The notes under the pieces: generated by a model
Told to the model about the DNA's origin: nothing
What the model saw: the letters and a program-made list of their open reading frames with translations, nothing else
Databases searched by the model: none
NCBI GenBank assembly: GCA_963796755.1
Contig: CAWCMX010000005.1
Location: 840,805-904,804, forward strand
From: an uncultured Acidimicrobiia bacterium
Lineage (GTDB): Bacteria; Actinomycetota; Acidimicrobiia; IMCC26256; JAENVU01
Length of the DNA stretch: 64,000 nt
Reading direction: 5' to 3'
Program-made: the position numbers and the translations under genes
Shown: piece after piece, positions 28,060 through 37,703 of the stretch
Layout of the letters: each line of letters opens with the position of its first letter
Numbering within the stretch: position 1 is the stretch's first letter

Positions 28060-28868
28060 GGCTCCTGCGCAGCGAGGTCCGCCGGCTCGCGGGTCGGCGG
28101 CTGTTCTTCTGGTTCACCCTCGTCGCCGTCGGGTTCGTCCTGATGCTCGTCGTGATCAACACCCTGCGCAGCGACACCGCGGCGTTGGACCAGAGCCAGG
28201 TGATGCGCATCACCGACCTGTGGCTGAGCGACCGCGCCGCGGCCCGCCTCGGGCTGACGAGCCAGAGCGGCATCGCGACGATCTCCGTGCTCACGTACCT
28301 GTTGATCGTCGTGCTCGGCGCGAGCGCGGTCGGCGCCGAGTACCGGGCGGGAACCGTCACGACGATCCTGACCTGGGAGCCGCGTCGCAGCCGGCTGCTG
28401 CTCACCCGCCTCGGTGCCGCGGCGATCGTCAGCATGCTCCTGTTCGTGATCGTGCACGCAGTGTTCATCGGGGGTTGGGCCCTCGGTGCGTCCGCGCGCG
28501 GTTCCACCACCGGTGCCGACGCGGACTTCTGGCGGACCCTCGGCTTCGTCGTGCTCCGGGGGACGCTGCTCGCCGGCGCGCTCGCCGCGATCAGTGGCGC
28601 GCTCGCGACGCTGGGTCGGAACACCGCAGCGGCGATGGGGGTCTGGTTCGGCTATCTCGTCGTGGTCGAGGCGATCGTGCGGGGGCAGATGAAGGACACC
28701 GTCCCGTGGATGCTGACCTCGGTGGGCGGCGCGTTCTACGCATGGGACCGGGTGATCTACGACGAGCGGGCGGTGTCGGCCGGATCGGGGACGCTGCGCC
28801 TCGCCCTGTACACCGTGCTCATCGGGGGCGCGGCGCTCGCGGTGTTCCACCGCCGGGACGTGACCTGA
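28056..28868 (+). CDS. ABC-2-type transporter permease
   Basis: ATG 28056 overlaps the ATPase stop (ATGA). Six predicted TM segments are present (…LFFWFTLVAVGFVLMLVVI…, …ISVLTYLLIVVLGASAVGAEYRAGTV…). Confidence 0.8.
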   Translation: MRLLRSEVRRLAGRRLFFWFTLVAVGFVLMLVVINTLRSDTAALDQSQVMRITDLWLSDRAAARLGLTSQSGIATISVLTYLLIVVLGASAVGAEYRAGTVTTILTWEPRRSRLLLTRLGAAAIVSMLLFVIVHAVFIGGWALGASARGSTTGADADFWRTLGFVVLRGTLLAGALAAISGALATLGRNTAAAMGVWFGYLVVVEAIVRGQMKDTVPWMLTSVGGAFYAWDRVIYDERAVSAGSGTLRLALYTVLIGGAALAVFHRRDVT

Positions 28869-28977
28869 GCCGAGCCGCCGGGCCCCGCTTCGACACTCGG
28901 GCGCGGAACAGGCCAGAATCTCGCCCGTCACCTGCGGTGCGTCCTCTTCTCGGCGCGCCCCGACCCCTCGGAGACCG

Positions 28978-29748
28978 ATGAACATCGTCGTCACCGTCAA
29001 GCAGATTCCCGACCCTGCGGTACCGGGCGAGCTGAACCCGGACCACACGCTGAAGCGTGAGGGCAAGCTGATCCTGGACGAGTCCGACAGCTACGGCGTC
29101 GAGATGGCGCTCCAGCTCGCGGACAAGGCCGGCGGGGGAGACGTGATCCTCGTCTCGATGGCTCCGAACGGCGAGGTGTCCGGGCTCCGGACCGCGCTGG
29201 CCATGGGTGCCGCGAAGGCGATCCTCGTCTCCGACGACGCCCTCCACGGCGCCGACGCGCTGACCACCGCCAAGGTGCTGGCCAAGTGCGTCGAGCGCGC
29301 GGGCGAGGTCGACCTCGTCATCACCGCGACCGAGGCCACCGACGGCTACACCGGGACGGTCCCCGCGCAGGTCGCCGAGCTGCTCGACTGGCCCTCGCTC
29401 ACCTTCACCAAGGAGATCGAGATCGCGGACGGCAAGGCCAAGGTGCAGCGCCAGACCGAGGCCGGCTACGACGAGGTCGAGGCTTCGCTGCCCGCCGTCG
29501 TGAGCGTGACCGCCGGCGTCGTCGAGCCCCGCTACCCGTCGTTCAAGGGGATCATGGCGGCCAAGAGCAAGCCGGTCGACCAGGTCAGCGCGGCGGACCT
29601 CGGCCTCGGCGCCGACGACATCGCCCCGCACCAGAAGATCGTGAACGTGGAAGCTGCGCCGGCCCGCGAGGCGGGCGAGAAGATCGAGGACGACGGCGAC
29701 GCGTACGAGCGCGTCGTGGAGTTCCTCGAGCAGCTCAAGGTCATCTGA
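28978..29748 (+). CDS. etfB: electron transfer flavoprotein beta subunit
   Basis: Intact ORF. MNIVVTVKQIPDP…DESDSYGVEMALQL…VSMAP…LITATEATDGYTGTVPAQVAELLDWP…. Confidence 0.9.
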   Translation: MNIVVTVKQIPDPAVPGELNPDHTLKREGKLILDESDSYGVEMALQLADKAGGGDVILVSMAPNGEVSGLRTALAMGAAKAILVSDDALHGADALTTAKVLAKCVERAGEVDLVITATEATDGYTGTVPAQVAELLDWPSLTFTKEIEIADGKAKVQRQTEAGYDEVEASLPAVVSVTAGVVEPRYPSFKGIMAAKSKPVDQVSAADLGLGADDIAPHQKIVNVEAAPAREAGEKIEDDGDAYERVVEFLEQLKVI

Positions 29749-29760
29749 GAGAGGATTGAC

Positions 29761-30720
29761 GTGAAGATCTGGGTGTTCGCAGAGTCCGAAGGTGACAAGC
29801 CGTCCACGGCAACGCTCGAGCTGCTGACGAAGGCGCGCGAGATCGGTGACGCCGTCGAGGCGGTCTACGTCGGCCCGAATGCGGACGTCATCGCCCCGCA
29901 GCTGGGCGAGTACGGCGCGGCGAAGGTGTTCACCGCCGACCAGGGTGACTCCCTGAGCGGCGTGATCGGCGCCGCCGTCATCGCCGGCATCGTCGAGGCG
30001 GAAGCGCCGGACGCGATCCTGTTCGTGCAGAGCTACGACGGCCGTGACGCGCTCGGCCGCTTGTCCGCCAAGCTGAACCGGACGGTGCTCACCAACGTCA
30101 CCGGCCTCTCCGTGGACGGCGACTCGCTCAAGGCCCGCAACGCGATCTTCGGCGGCAACACCCTCGTGGATGCCGAGTTCGACGGCCCGAAGCCGTACCT
30201 GGCGGCGGTCCGTCCGAAGTCCTTCGTCGCCGAGCCCGGCGGTGCCGGTCCGGCCGAGGTCGTTCCCGTCACGGACGTCAACGCCGGTCGTGGCGCCGAC
30301 GCCAAGCTGATCGAGCGTCACGTCGAGGAGCGCGAGGGCCCGAAGCTGGAAGAGGCGACGATCGTCGTCTCCGGAGGCCGCGGTCTGGGCGAGGCGGAGA
30401 ACTACGACCCGCTGGTCGAGCAGCTCGCGAAGCTGCTCGGCGGTGCATCGGGTGCGTCGCGCGCGATCGTCGACGCCGGTTGGGTGCCGTACTCCAAGCA
30501 GGTCGGTCAGACCGGCAAGACGGTGAAGCCGAAGGTGTACATCGCGCTCGGCATCTCGGGCGCGACGCAGCACATGGTCGGCATGAAGGGCTCGGACAAC
30601 ATCATCGCCGTGAACAAGGACGCGGAAGCACCCATCTTCTCGGTTGCGGACCTCGGCATCGTCGGTGACGTCAAGAAGGTCGTCCCGAAGCTGATCGAGG
30701 CCCTCAAAGCCCGCAGCTGA
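29761..30720 (+). CDS. etfA: electron transfer flavoprotein alpha subunit
   Basis: Intact ORF (GTG start) 12 nt after etfB. …[10 protein letters not shown]…[10 protein letters not shown]…[25 protein letters not shown]…[13 protein letters not shown] is the FAD-binding C-terminal domain. Confidence 0.9.
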   Translation: MKIWVFAESEGDKPSTATLELLTKAREIGDAVEAVYVGPNADVIAPQLGEYGAAKVFTADQGDSLSGVIGAAVIAGIVEAEAPDAILFVQSYDGRDALGRLSAKLNRTVLTNVTGLSVDGDSLKARNAIFGGNTLVDAEFDGPKPYLAAVRPKSFVAEPGGAGPAEVVPVTDVNAGRGADAKLIERHVEEREGPKLEEATIVVSGGRGLGEAENYDPLVEQLAKLLGGASGASRAIVDAGWVPYSKQVGQTGKTVKPKVYIALGISGATQHMVGMKGSDNIIAVNKDAEAPIFSVADLGIVGDVKKVVPKLIEALKARS

Positions 30721-30745
30721 ACCAACCGCGCGCCGCGCCTCCGGT

Positions 30746-31291
30746 CTAGGACTGGTACTCGGCGACGGTGACGAGCGGTCGCATCTGCTCCAGCTTGGCG
30801 AGCTCCTGCTGCATGGCGGTCAAGGTCGCCTCCAGCTTCGCGAAGTCGTCCTTGGTGGCAGTCTTGACGGCGGCCGTCGGATCGACCGCCGCCGCGGCCG
30901 TGGCCTGCGCTGATGCCTCCGACGCGGCCTGCATGAACTCACCCGCGATCGAGGCGCGCGCCGCATAGATCGCCTGGGCGCCGGCCGCTCGACCCCGCAC
31001 GTCCGCGCTGACGATCATCGCGAGCGCGATCGCAGCCGCCACGATGATCGCGCCCGTGGCCGCCACGAGGGCGATCCGCACCCCACCGGTCTCGCCGTCC
31101 CAGAAGCCGCTGACCGCCGTCGCGATCACGGTCGTGCCGCCGAGTGCGCCGACCGCCACCGACCACCACTTCGACAACGCGGTGGCGTTGGCTTCGATGA
31201 TCGCGACGCTCTGCGCCGGGGCCGAGAACGCGCCGCCCTGGGCATCGCCGTCGCCGCCCAGGAGGTCGACGCCGGTCAAGATCTCCTTCAA
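30746..31291 (-). CDS. hypothetical membrane protein with C-terminal coiled-coil-like tail
   Basis: The ORF has non-random composition. There are two hydrophobic segments ([19 protein letters not shown]; [22 protein letters not shown]) and a tail …[21 protein letters not shown]. The start in the track is a TTG, so the start is uncertain. Confidence 0.5.
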   Translation of the reverse strand: MKEILTGVDLLGGDGDAQGGAFSAPAQSVAIIEANATALSKWWSVAVGALGGTTVIATAVSGFWDGETGGVRIALVAATGAIIVAAAIALAMIVSADVRGRAAGAQAIYAARASIAGEFMQAASEASAQATAAAAVDPTAAVKTATKDDFAKLEATLTAMQQELAKLEQMRPLVTVAEYQS

Positions 31292-31317
31292 GGGTTCGAG
31301 GTCTCAACCACCTCGCG

Positions 31318-31698
31318 ATGAGCGTCGCGCTCGGCACGCTGACGGACGCGTTCCGCGTCGAGCTGCTCGACTTCTATGGCGGCTACTTCGAGTGGACCGA
31401 GCTCGTCGAGCTGCGTCGGCCCGACCGGCTGACGCTCTCGGTCGGGGGCGGCACCTACGTCAACATCCGTGAGCGCCCCGAGCCGATGGTGTGCCACGGG
31501 TACGAGCACTTCGGGTTGGTCGTCACGTCGACGGACGCGGCCGAAGCGGCCTGGACCCGACTCGACCGCGAGTCGCGCGCGGTCAACCTCGAGCCGATCA
31601 AACGCGGCGACGACGGCTACCGGTTGTTCCGGTTCCGTTACCTGCTGCCGCTCACCGTCGAAGTCCAGTACTTCCCGCGGGCGGGCGTCGTAGCGTGA
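31318..31698 (+). CDS. hypothetical protein, VOC (glyoxalase-fold)-like
   Basis: Intact 126-aa ORF. …MVCHGYEHFGLVVTSTDAAEAAWTRL…DDGYRLFRFRYLLPLTVEVQYF resembles a single glyoxalase/bleomycin-resistance module. Confidence 0.55.
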   Translation: MSVALGTLTDAFRVELLDFYGGYFEWTELVELRRPDRLTLSVGGGTYVNIRERPEPMVCHGYEHFGLVVTSTDAAEAAWTRLDRESRAVNLEPIKRGDDGYRLFRFRYLLPLTVEVQYFPRAGVVA

Positions 31699-31754
31699 CC
31701 GGGTGCTGCGCGCCGGGGACGTCGCCCACCCGCGCCACCTCGAGGAGATGCTGG

Positions 31755-32534
31755 TCAGACGGCCACGTCGATGACGACCGGGGTGTGGTCCGACGGCTGC
31801 TTCCCCTTGCGCGCGTTGCGGTCGATGATCGCCCAGGTGATCTGGTCCGCGAGCGGCTGCGTGACGAGCACGAGGTCGATCCGCATGCCGCGGTGCTGGT
31901 GGAAGTCACCGCGCCGGTAGTCCCAGTAGCTGTAGAGGCCGTCGTCCTGGTATTCGTGCCGGAACGCGTCGACGAGACCCCACTGCTCGAGCTTGCGGAC
32001 CGCGGCACGCTCGGGCTCGGTCACGTGGGTTGATCCCTCGAACGCCTTCGCGCTCCAGAGGTCGCGGTCCTCGGGCGCGACGTTGAAGTCGCCGGCGACC
32101 ACGAGCTGGTCACCCGCGGAGTACTGCTGCGCGATCCAGTCGTGCAGCGTGTCGAGCCAGACGAGCTTGCGGTCGTAGAACTCGGTCCCGACCTCGCGCC
32201 CGTTCGGCACGTACACGGAGACGACCTTCACCCCACCGCACGTGGCGGCGACGAGGCGCGCGTCGCCTTCGTACGGATCGACGGACTCGGCGTCGAAGCC
32301 GGTGGTGACGTCCTCGATGCCGACCCGGGACAGGATCGCGACACCGTTCCACTGGTTGTAGCCGTGCGCGGCGCTGTCGTAGCCGAGCGCGGAGAACGCC
32401 ATCGACGGGAAGTTCTTGTCCGCGAGCTTGGTCTCCTGGAGGCACAGCACGTCGGGCTGGGCGTATTCGAGCCACTCCTCGACCCGGGGGAGCCGCGCCT
32501 TCAACGAGTTGACGTTCCACGTCGCGATCCGCAC
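31755..32534 (-). CDS. xthA: exodeoxyribonuclease III
   Basis: Intact ORF. MRIATWNVNSLKARL…DVLCLQETK…NGVAILSR…VAGDFNVAP…RIDLVL…SDHTPVVIDV. Confidence 0.9.
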   Translation of the reverse strand: MRIATWNVNSLKARLPRVEEWLEYAQPDVLCLQETKLADKNFPSMAFSALGYDSAAHGYNQWNGVAILSRVGIEDVTTGFDAESVDPYEGDARLVAATCGGVKVVSVYVPNGREVGTEFYDRKLVWLDTLHDWIAQQYSAGDQLVVAGDFNVAPEDRDLWSAKAFEGSTHVTEPERAAVRKLEQWGLVDAFRHEYQDDGLYSYWDYRRGDFHQHRGMRIDLVLVTQPLADQITWAIIDRNARKGKQPSDHTPVVIDVAV

Positions 32535-32584
32535 CGCGCACCCTGCTTTCTCTTCGTCTCGTCTCCGGCGGTGGTTCGAGCCAC

Positions 32585-32941
32585 TCAGCTCAGGTAGCGG
32601 GGATTGGCGATCTCGAGCTTGGCCCGGACGGTACCGCGGACGGCCTCGACCAGCTCCGACCAGGGGACCTCGAGCGAGTCGTCCCGGATGCCCCGGGCCA
32701 ACGCTTCGGTCAGCTCCCGCACGGTGCCCTCGCGCCCGAGCAGGGCCACGAGCCGCGCGTGCTCCTCGGTGTCCTGGGCCGCGCCGAGCTCGAGCTCCCG
32801 TTCCACCATCCCGAGCACGTTCACCGCGACCCGCACGTGGAACGCCACCCGACCCTCGGTCGCGGTCATCACGTCGCGCTCGAGGTACTCGCGCACCGCG
32901 GCCACCAGCTCCGACGCGGTCGGACGGTCGTGCAGCGTCAT
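32585..32941 (-). CDS. small conserved protein (DUF6285-like), coupled to the phosphotransferase gene
   Basis: Last 118 aa of ORF 32585..33220, from ATG 32941, which overlaps the upstream stop. MTLHDRPTASELVAAVREYLERDVM…RVAFHVRVAVNVLGMVEREL…. Confidence 0.65.
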   Translation of the reverse strand: MTLHDRPTASELVAAVREYLERDVMTATEGRVAFHVRVAVNVLGMVERELELGAAQDTEEHARLVALLGREGTVRELTEALARGIRDDSLEVPWSELVEAVRGTVRAKLEIANPRYLS

Positions 32942-33924
32942 GCGATCAGCTCCAGCAGGTCCCACTCCATCTCGGCGATCCGGCGGCCGAGCGCGGCGAG
33001 CTCGACCGAACGCACCAGGCCGTGGAGGTGGCTGAAGCACTGCATCTCGCAGATGACCCCCCACTTGAGCGTCCCGAACGTCTCCCAGTAGTGCAGGTCG
33101 TCCGGATCGACGGCGGGTCCGCCCGCGGCTTCGTACGCGGCCAGCAGGTCGTCGGTCGTGCCGAAGCCACCCACCGGCTGGTCGACGTTGCCGAACCGCC
33201 ACGACTTCACGCAGAGCCACCCGAGGTCCTCGACCGGGTCACCGAGGTGCGAGAGCTCCCAGTCCAGGACCGCGCGGATGCCCTCGGGACCGACGATGAA
33301 GTTGCCGTTGCGGAAGTCGCCGTGCACGAGCCGCGGCGCGACGGCCGCGGCGGTTCGGGGGATGTGGTCCTCGAGCCAGCGCAGGCCGAGCTCGAACGCC
33401 GGATGTGGCTCGCCGAGGGCGTCGAGGATCCCGCGGTACTGGTCGATCTGGACCTGCGGCCCCTGGACCTGGAGCTCGGGCAGCACGTCGACGTCCACCG
33501 CGTGGATGTGGGCCGCGATCGCCCCGCACTGCGCCGCGAGCTCCGGGCGCGCGCCGGCGTACTCCTCGTCGCGCAGGATCCGGCGGGGAATCGTCTCGCC
33601 CTCGATCCGGTCCATCACGAACCCGTCGCCCAGGTCGTCGGCGGGCTCGAGCAGGAACCGGACCGTCGGCACGGGCACTCCGGCCGCCGCGGCGGCCTCG
33701 AGCAGGCGGTACTCGGTCGAGCGGTCCGAGCCGCCGAGGTTCGAGCCGGGGTCGCGGCGCAGCACGAGTCCGTGGCGGTCGTCATCGTCGACCGCGTCGA
33801 ACGACCAGCTCTCGCGCGACGCGCCGCCGGAGAGCCGGCGGAGCGCTTCGATGCCGACCGAATCGCCCAGATGGCGCGCGCAGACCGCCCGGAGGTGCTC
33901 GACGTCGATGCTGCGGGGGCTCAC
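32938..33924 (-). CDS. phosphotransferase (APH/ChoK-fold) family protein
   Basis: From GTG 33924 in ORF 32938..34170. …LSGGASRESWSF…FVMDRIEGE…LVHGDFRNGNFIV…AVLDWELSHLGDP are kinase-fold catalytic motifs. Confidence 0.8.
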   Translation of the reverse strand: MSPRSIDVEHLRAVCARHLGDSVGIEALRRLSGGASRESWSFDAVDDDDRHGLVLRRDPGSNLGGSDRSTEYRLLEAAAAAGVPVPTVRFLLEPADDLGDGFVMDRIEGETIPRRILRDEEYAGARPELAAQCGAIAAHIHAVDVDVLPELQVQGPQVQIDQYRGILDALGEPHPAFELGLRWLEDHIPRTAAAVAPRLVHGDFRNGNFIVGPEGIRAVLDWELSHLGDPVEDLGWLCVKSWRFGNVDQPVGGFGTTDDLLAAYEAAGGPAVDPDDLHYWETFGTLKWGVICEMQCFSHLHGLVRSVELAALGRRIAEMEWDLLELIA

Positions 33925-34003
33925 GCGGGCCACGCTAGCGGTGCGCGTGCACGTGTCCACCGGTAGCCTCGCCGTGGGGACGGAGTGGGTCAGGGGGTGC
34001 GGA

Positions 34004-34432
34004 GTGCCGAAGTCGCAGAGCGCGCTCGAGCTGCTGGCGCGGGTCGAGCTGTTCGCCGAGCTCACGCGGTCCGAGCTCCGCGCGGTCGTCGCGCTGGCCA
34101 AGCCCGGGACCTTCGCGGCCGGGGAAGCAGTCACCGAAGAGGGGACTCCCGGTGGCCGCTTCCACGTCATCGAGTCCGGTACCGCGAAGGTCGTGGCCGG
34201 AGGCCGGACGCGCGCGACCCTCGGTCCCGGCGACTACTTCGGCGAGCTGTCGCTGATCGACGGCGACCCCCGCACCGCGAGCGTGATCGCGATCGAGCCG
34301 TTGCGGACGTGGTCGATCGCGGAGTGGAACTTCCGACCGTTGCTCAAGACCCAGGGCTTGATCACCTACAAGCTGCTCGTCACCCTGACCCGCCGCCTCC
34401 GCGCGGCGGAGAAGAGGGCCTACACCGCGTAA
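34004..34432 (+). CDS. cyclic-nucleotide-binding domain protein
   Basis: End of ORF 33158..34432, start GTG 34004. …LFAELTRSELRAVVALAKPGTFAAGEAVTEEG…GDYFGELSLIDGDPRTASVIA is the cNMP-binding FGE…RTA motif. There is no DNA-binding domain. Confidence 0.8.
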   Translation: MPKSQSALELLARVELFAELTRSELRAVVALAKPGTFAAGEAVTEEGTPGGRFHVIESGTAKVVAGGRTRATLGPGDYFGELSLIDGDPRTASVIAIEPLRTWSIAEWNFRPLLKTQGLITYKLLVTLTRRLRAAEKRAYTA

Positions 34433-34454
34433 ACGCCGCCGACCGGCGGAGGCC

Positions 34455-35477
34455 TCAGGGAGTGGCGCCCACGGGGGAGCCGTCGACGATCTGATCGAGG
34501 TACTCGGAGAGGCCGTACCCGGAGCGGCCGTCCCAGCTCCACTCGGTCATGCCCTCGGAGATGCGGGTCACGAGCTGCTCGCCGTCGGGGGTGGCGCGCC
34601 GGTTGCGCAACGGGATCATGCTGAGCACGCTCCCGGTGATCTCGTAGCTGCGGTCGCCGGCCTTCGCCACGATGCGCATCTGCTCGTGGTACTTGTCGGC
34701 GCCGACCCAGTCGGTCTCGATCGTCGCCTCGTCGAGGTGGTGGTACTTCCCGTCCTCGAACGCGACCCCGCCGACCCGCTCGGAGCCGTCCCGCGCCGTG
34801 ATCACCGAGACCACGAAGCCGGCGTCGTCACCGAAGTTCATGGTGAGCCAGCGGTAGTACCAGGGGGCCTGCCAGTACCGCGGGCCCCACGAGTGGTCGC
34901 GGAGGCCGTACCCGTCGACCTCCCACTCCTCGTCGCCGACCCGGATCACGCCACGCGCGCCGACGTGCTGCTCGTAGTGCCCGCGCGCGAAGCCGCCCGA
35001 GAGGTCCTCGGTGAGTGCGGTGCCGTCGTCGTTCACGGGCTCACCGCCGAACGCCGGGACCAGGCCGCGGTACCCGAGGTCCGCGGCGCAGTCGACCCAC
35101 GGGTTCTCGGTGAACGCCTTGCGGGGGTTCGCCATCTGCAGCGGCTCGTCGAGCAGCACGACCTTCCCGGTGTACGTCACCCGGAGCTCTTCGAACGGCG
35201 CGATCACCTCGAAGCGCATGCCGCCCGCGTCGAACGCGTCGTTGTCCGAGATCTCGGGCCGGGCGAACATGAACCCGACGCGACCGTCGGGGAGGTAGAT
35301 GCACGTCGTCATCTCGGCGTAGCCCTCGTTGGCGCGGTTGCCGAGACGGAAGAACCCGCCGACGCGCTCGTGCGGGTCGTACACGTTGAAGTACATGCTC
35401 TCGTTGAAGTTGGACGCGGACTCCAGCGGATGCAGGTATTCGTCGGACGGTTCGAGGCGCAGCTTCATGCTTCGCAT
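34455..35477 (-). CDS. conserved hypothetical protein
   Basis: Intact ORF 34455..35504. The first codon in the track is TTG, so I take ATG 35477. The sequence is rich in aromatic residues and looks globular (…SNFNESMYFNVYDPHERVGGFFRLGNRANEGYAEM…WGPRYWQAPWYYRWLTMNF…). I do not recognise the family. Confidence 0.6.
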   Translation of the reverse strand: MRSMKLRLEPSDEYLHPLESASNFNESMYFNVYDPHERVGGFFRLGNRANEGYAEMTTCIYLPDGRVGFMFARPEISDNDAFDAGGMRFEVIAPFEELRVTYTGKVVLLDEPLQMANPRKAFTENPWVDCAADLGYRGLVPAFGGEPVNDDGTALTEDLSGGFARGHYEQHVGARGVIRVGDEEWEVDGYGLRDHSWGPRYWQAPWYYRWLTMNFGDDAGFVVSVITARDGSERVGGVAFEDGKYHHLDEATIETDWVGADKYHEQMRIVAKAGDRSYEITGSVLSMIPLRNRRATPDGEQLVTRISEGMTEWSWDGRSGYGLSEYLDQIVDGSPVGATP

Positions 35478-35564
35478 TCGACTCGACGGCTCCCCGATGG
35501 TCAAGCCACCGCCGGCGGGCTACGTTGCGCCGCCGTCGGCGTCGTGCGAGTGGGGGAGACCAAC

Positions 35565-36485
35565 GTGACCGAGCCCGTCGTCACCGAGATCGCGACCGGA
35601 CTGCAGTTCCCCGAGGGCCCGGTGTGGATGCCCGACGGCACCGTGCTGTGCGTCGAGCTCAAGCGGCGGACCGTCGACCGCGTCCACCCGGACGGCACGG
35701 TCGAGGTGATCGCGGAGCCCGGGGGCAGCCCGAACGGGCTCGCGATCGGCCCGGACGGCGCGGGCTACGTCTGCAACAGCGGCGGCTTCGCCTTTCACGA
35801 GGTGTTCGGGATGACGATCACCGAGCTGAACCAGCCCGACGACTACTCGGGCGGCCGGATCGAGCGCGTGGATCTGGACTCCGGCGCGGTGACGGTGCTC
35901 TACACCGAGTGTGACGGCCATCCGTTGATGGGACCGAACGACCTCGTGTTCGACGCGACGGGCGGGATGTGGTTCACCGATCACGGCAAGATCCGCGAGC
36001 GGGAGCGCGACCACGGTGGCGTCTACTACGCGGCGCCGGACGGGTCTTCGATCACCGAGGTGATCTACCCGCTCGAGTCGCCGAACGGCATCGGCCTCTC
36101 ACCGGAGGGCGATCGGCTGTACGTGGCCGAGACGCACACCGGGCGCGTGTACTGGTGGCCGGTCGAAGGCCCGGGTGCCGTCGCGAAGCCGAATCCCGTC
36201 GGTCACGGCGGCCACCTGCTCGCCGGGCTCCCCGGGATGCAGCTCCTCGATTCGCTGGGGATCGACTCCGCGGGCAACGTCGTCGTCGGCACGCTGGTCA
36301 ACGGCGGCCTCACGGTCATCCCGCCCGAGGGCGACGCCATCGAGCACGTCCCGCTGCCCGACCTCATGGTCACGAACGTGTGCTTTGGTGGCGACGACCT
36401 CTCGACCGCGTTCGTCACCGGTTCGGCCACGGGCAAGCTGTTCTCGCTGCCGTGGCCCCGCTCGGGGCTCGCGCTCGCGTTCTGA
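35565..36485 (+). CDS. SMP-30/gluconolactonase/LRE-family protein
   Basis: End of ORF 34686..36485, from GTG 35565 (GGGGGAG upstream). …LQFPEGPVWMPDGTVLCVE…SPNGLAIGPDG…GPNDLVFDATGGMWFTD…PNGIGLSPEGDRLYVAET…TNVCFGG. Confidence 0.85.
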   Translation: MTEPVVTEIATGLQFPEGPVWMPDGTVLCVELKRRTVDRVHPDGTVEVIAEPGGSPNGLAIGPDGAGYVCNSGGFAFHEVFGMTITELNQPDDYSGGRIERVDLDSGAVTVLYTECDGHPLMGPNDLVFDATGGMWFTDHGKIRERERDHGGVYYAAPDGSSITEVIYPLESPNGIGLSPEGDRLYVAETHTGRVYWWPVEGPGAVAKPNPVGHGGHLLAGLPGMQLLDSLGIDSAGNVVVGTLVNGGLTVIPPEGDAIEHVPLPDLMVTNVCFGGDDLSTAFVTGSATGKLFSLPWPRSGLALAF

Positions 36486-36554
36486 GTCTGACGTACGCGT
36501 CAGGTACGGCGTAACGTCGGCGGGAACCGTCGTCGAACGTCGTGGGGGAGCTCC

Positions 36555-37697
36555 GTGTCGGGACCGTTGTCGGGCATCAAGGTCATCGAGATCGCCGGGA
36601 TCGGGCCCGGCCCGTTCACCGCGATGATGTTGGCGGACATGGGCGCCGAGGTGATCCGGGTCGATCGCGCGGGCTCGGTCGGCGGCGACCCGTCGAAGCC
36701 GAACCTCGAGATCCTCAACCGCGGCCGGCGCTCGATCGGGGTCGACCTCAAGTCACCCGACGGGGTCGAGACCCTGCTCGCGCTCGTCGAGCAGGCCGAC
36801 GCGCTGATCGAGGGCTTCCGGCCCGGCGTCACCGAGCGGCTCGGCATTGGTCCCGACGTGTGCCTCGCCCGCAACCCGAAGCTGGTCTACGGACGCATGA
36901 CGGGCTGGGGCCAGGAGGGTCCGTACGCGCAGGCCGCGGGCCACGACATCAACTACATCGCGCTCGGTGGCGCGCTCGCCCACTTCGGCCGCGCGGGCAC
37001 GAAGCCGACGCCGCCGATCAACGTCGTCGGCGACTTCGGGGGCGGCGGGATGCTGCTCGCGTTCGGCGTCGGGTGCGCGCTCGTCGAGTCGGGTCGCTCG
37101 GGCCAGGGCCAGGTGATCGATGCCGCGATGGTCGACGGCTCCGCGACGCTCATGACGATGATGTGGGGCTTCCAGGCTCTGGGCATCTGGGGGGAGTTCG
37201 GCACCAACGTGCTCGACACCGGGGCGCCGTTCTACGACACGTACGAGACCTCCGACGGGAAGTTCATCTCGCTCGGCTCGCTCGAGCCGCAGTTCTACGC
37301 CGAGCTGCTCGCGCGCTCGGGTCTGGCCGACGAGGTCGACGCGGCGCGGCAGATGGACCAGACGACGTGGCCGGAGCTGCAGGCGAAGTTCACCGCGCTC
37401 TTCAAGTCGAAGACGCGCGACGAGTGGGACGAGATCCTCGAGATGACCGACGCGTGCTACGCGCCGGTGCTGACGATGCCGGAAGCCGCGGAGCACCCGC
37501 ACCTCAAGGCCCGCGGCACGATCATCGAGGACAACGGGCTGCCGCAGCCCGCTCCCGCCCCGCGCTTCAGCCGCACCCCCGGCGCGATCTCCCGTCCGCC
37601 CGCGTGGCCGGGCCAGCACACCGACGAGGTCCTCGCGGACTGGGGCTTCGCCGCGGACCGGATCGCCAAGCTCCGCGAGTCCGGCGCCATCAGGTAA
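36555..37697 (+). CDS. CaiB/BaiF family CoA-transferase (alpha-methylacyl-CoA racemase-like)
   Basis: Intact ORF. …LSGIKVIEIAGIGPGPFTAMMLADMGAEVIRVDR…GRRSIGVDLK…LIEGFRPGV…GHDINYIAL…. Confidence 0.85.
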   Translation: MSGPLSGIKVIEIAGIGPGPFTAMMLADMGAEVIRVDRAGSVGGDPSKPNLEILNRGRRSIGVDLKSPDGVETLLALVEQADALIEGFRPGVTERLGIGPDVCLARNPKLVYGRMTGWGQEGPYAQAAGHDINYIALGGALAHFGRAGTKPTPPINVVGDFGGGGMLLAFGVGCALVESGRSGQGQVIDAAMVDGSATLMTMMWGFQALGIWGEFGTNVLDTGAPFYDTYETSDGKFISLGSLEPQFYAELLARSGLADEVDAARQMDQTTWPELQAKFTALFKSKTRDEWDEILEMTDACYAPVLTMPEAAEHPHLKARGTIIEDNGLPQPAPAPRFSRTPGAISRPPAWPGQHTDEVLADWGFAADRIAKLRESGAIR

Positions 37698-37703
37698 CCC
37701 CGG

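Noticed and set aside
36488-36503. CTGACG-TACG-CGTCAG palindrome just after the SMP-30 gene, as a terminator.
   Set aside because: The stem is only 6 bp, there is no U tract, and the next gene starts 50 nt later on the same strand. It is too weak to call.
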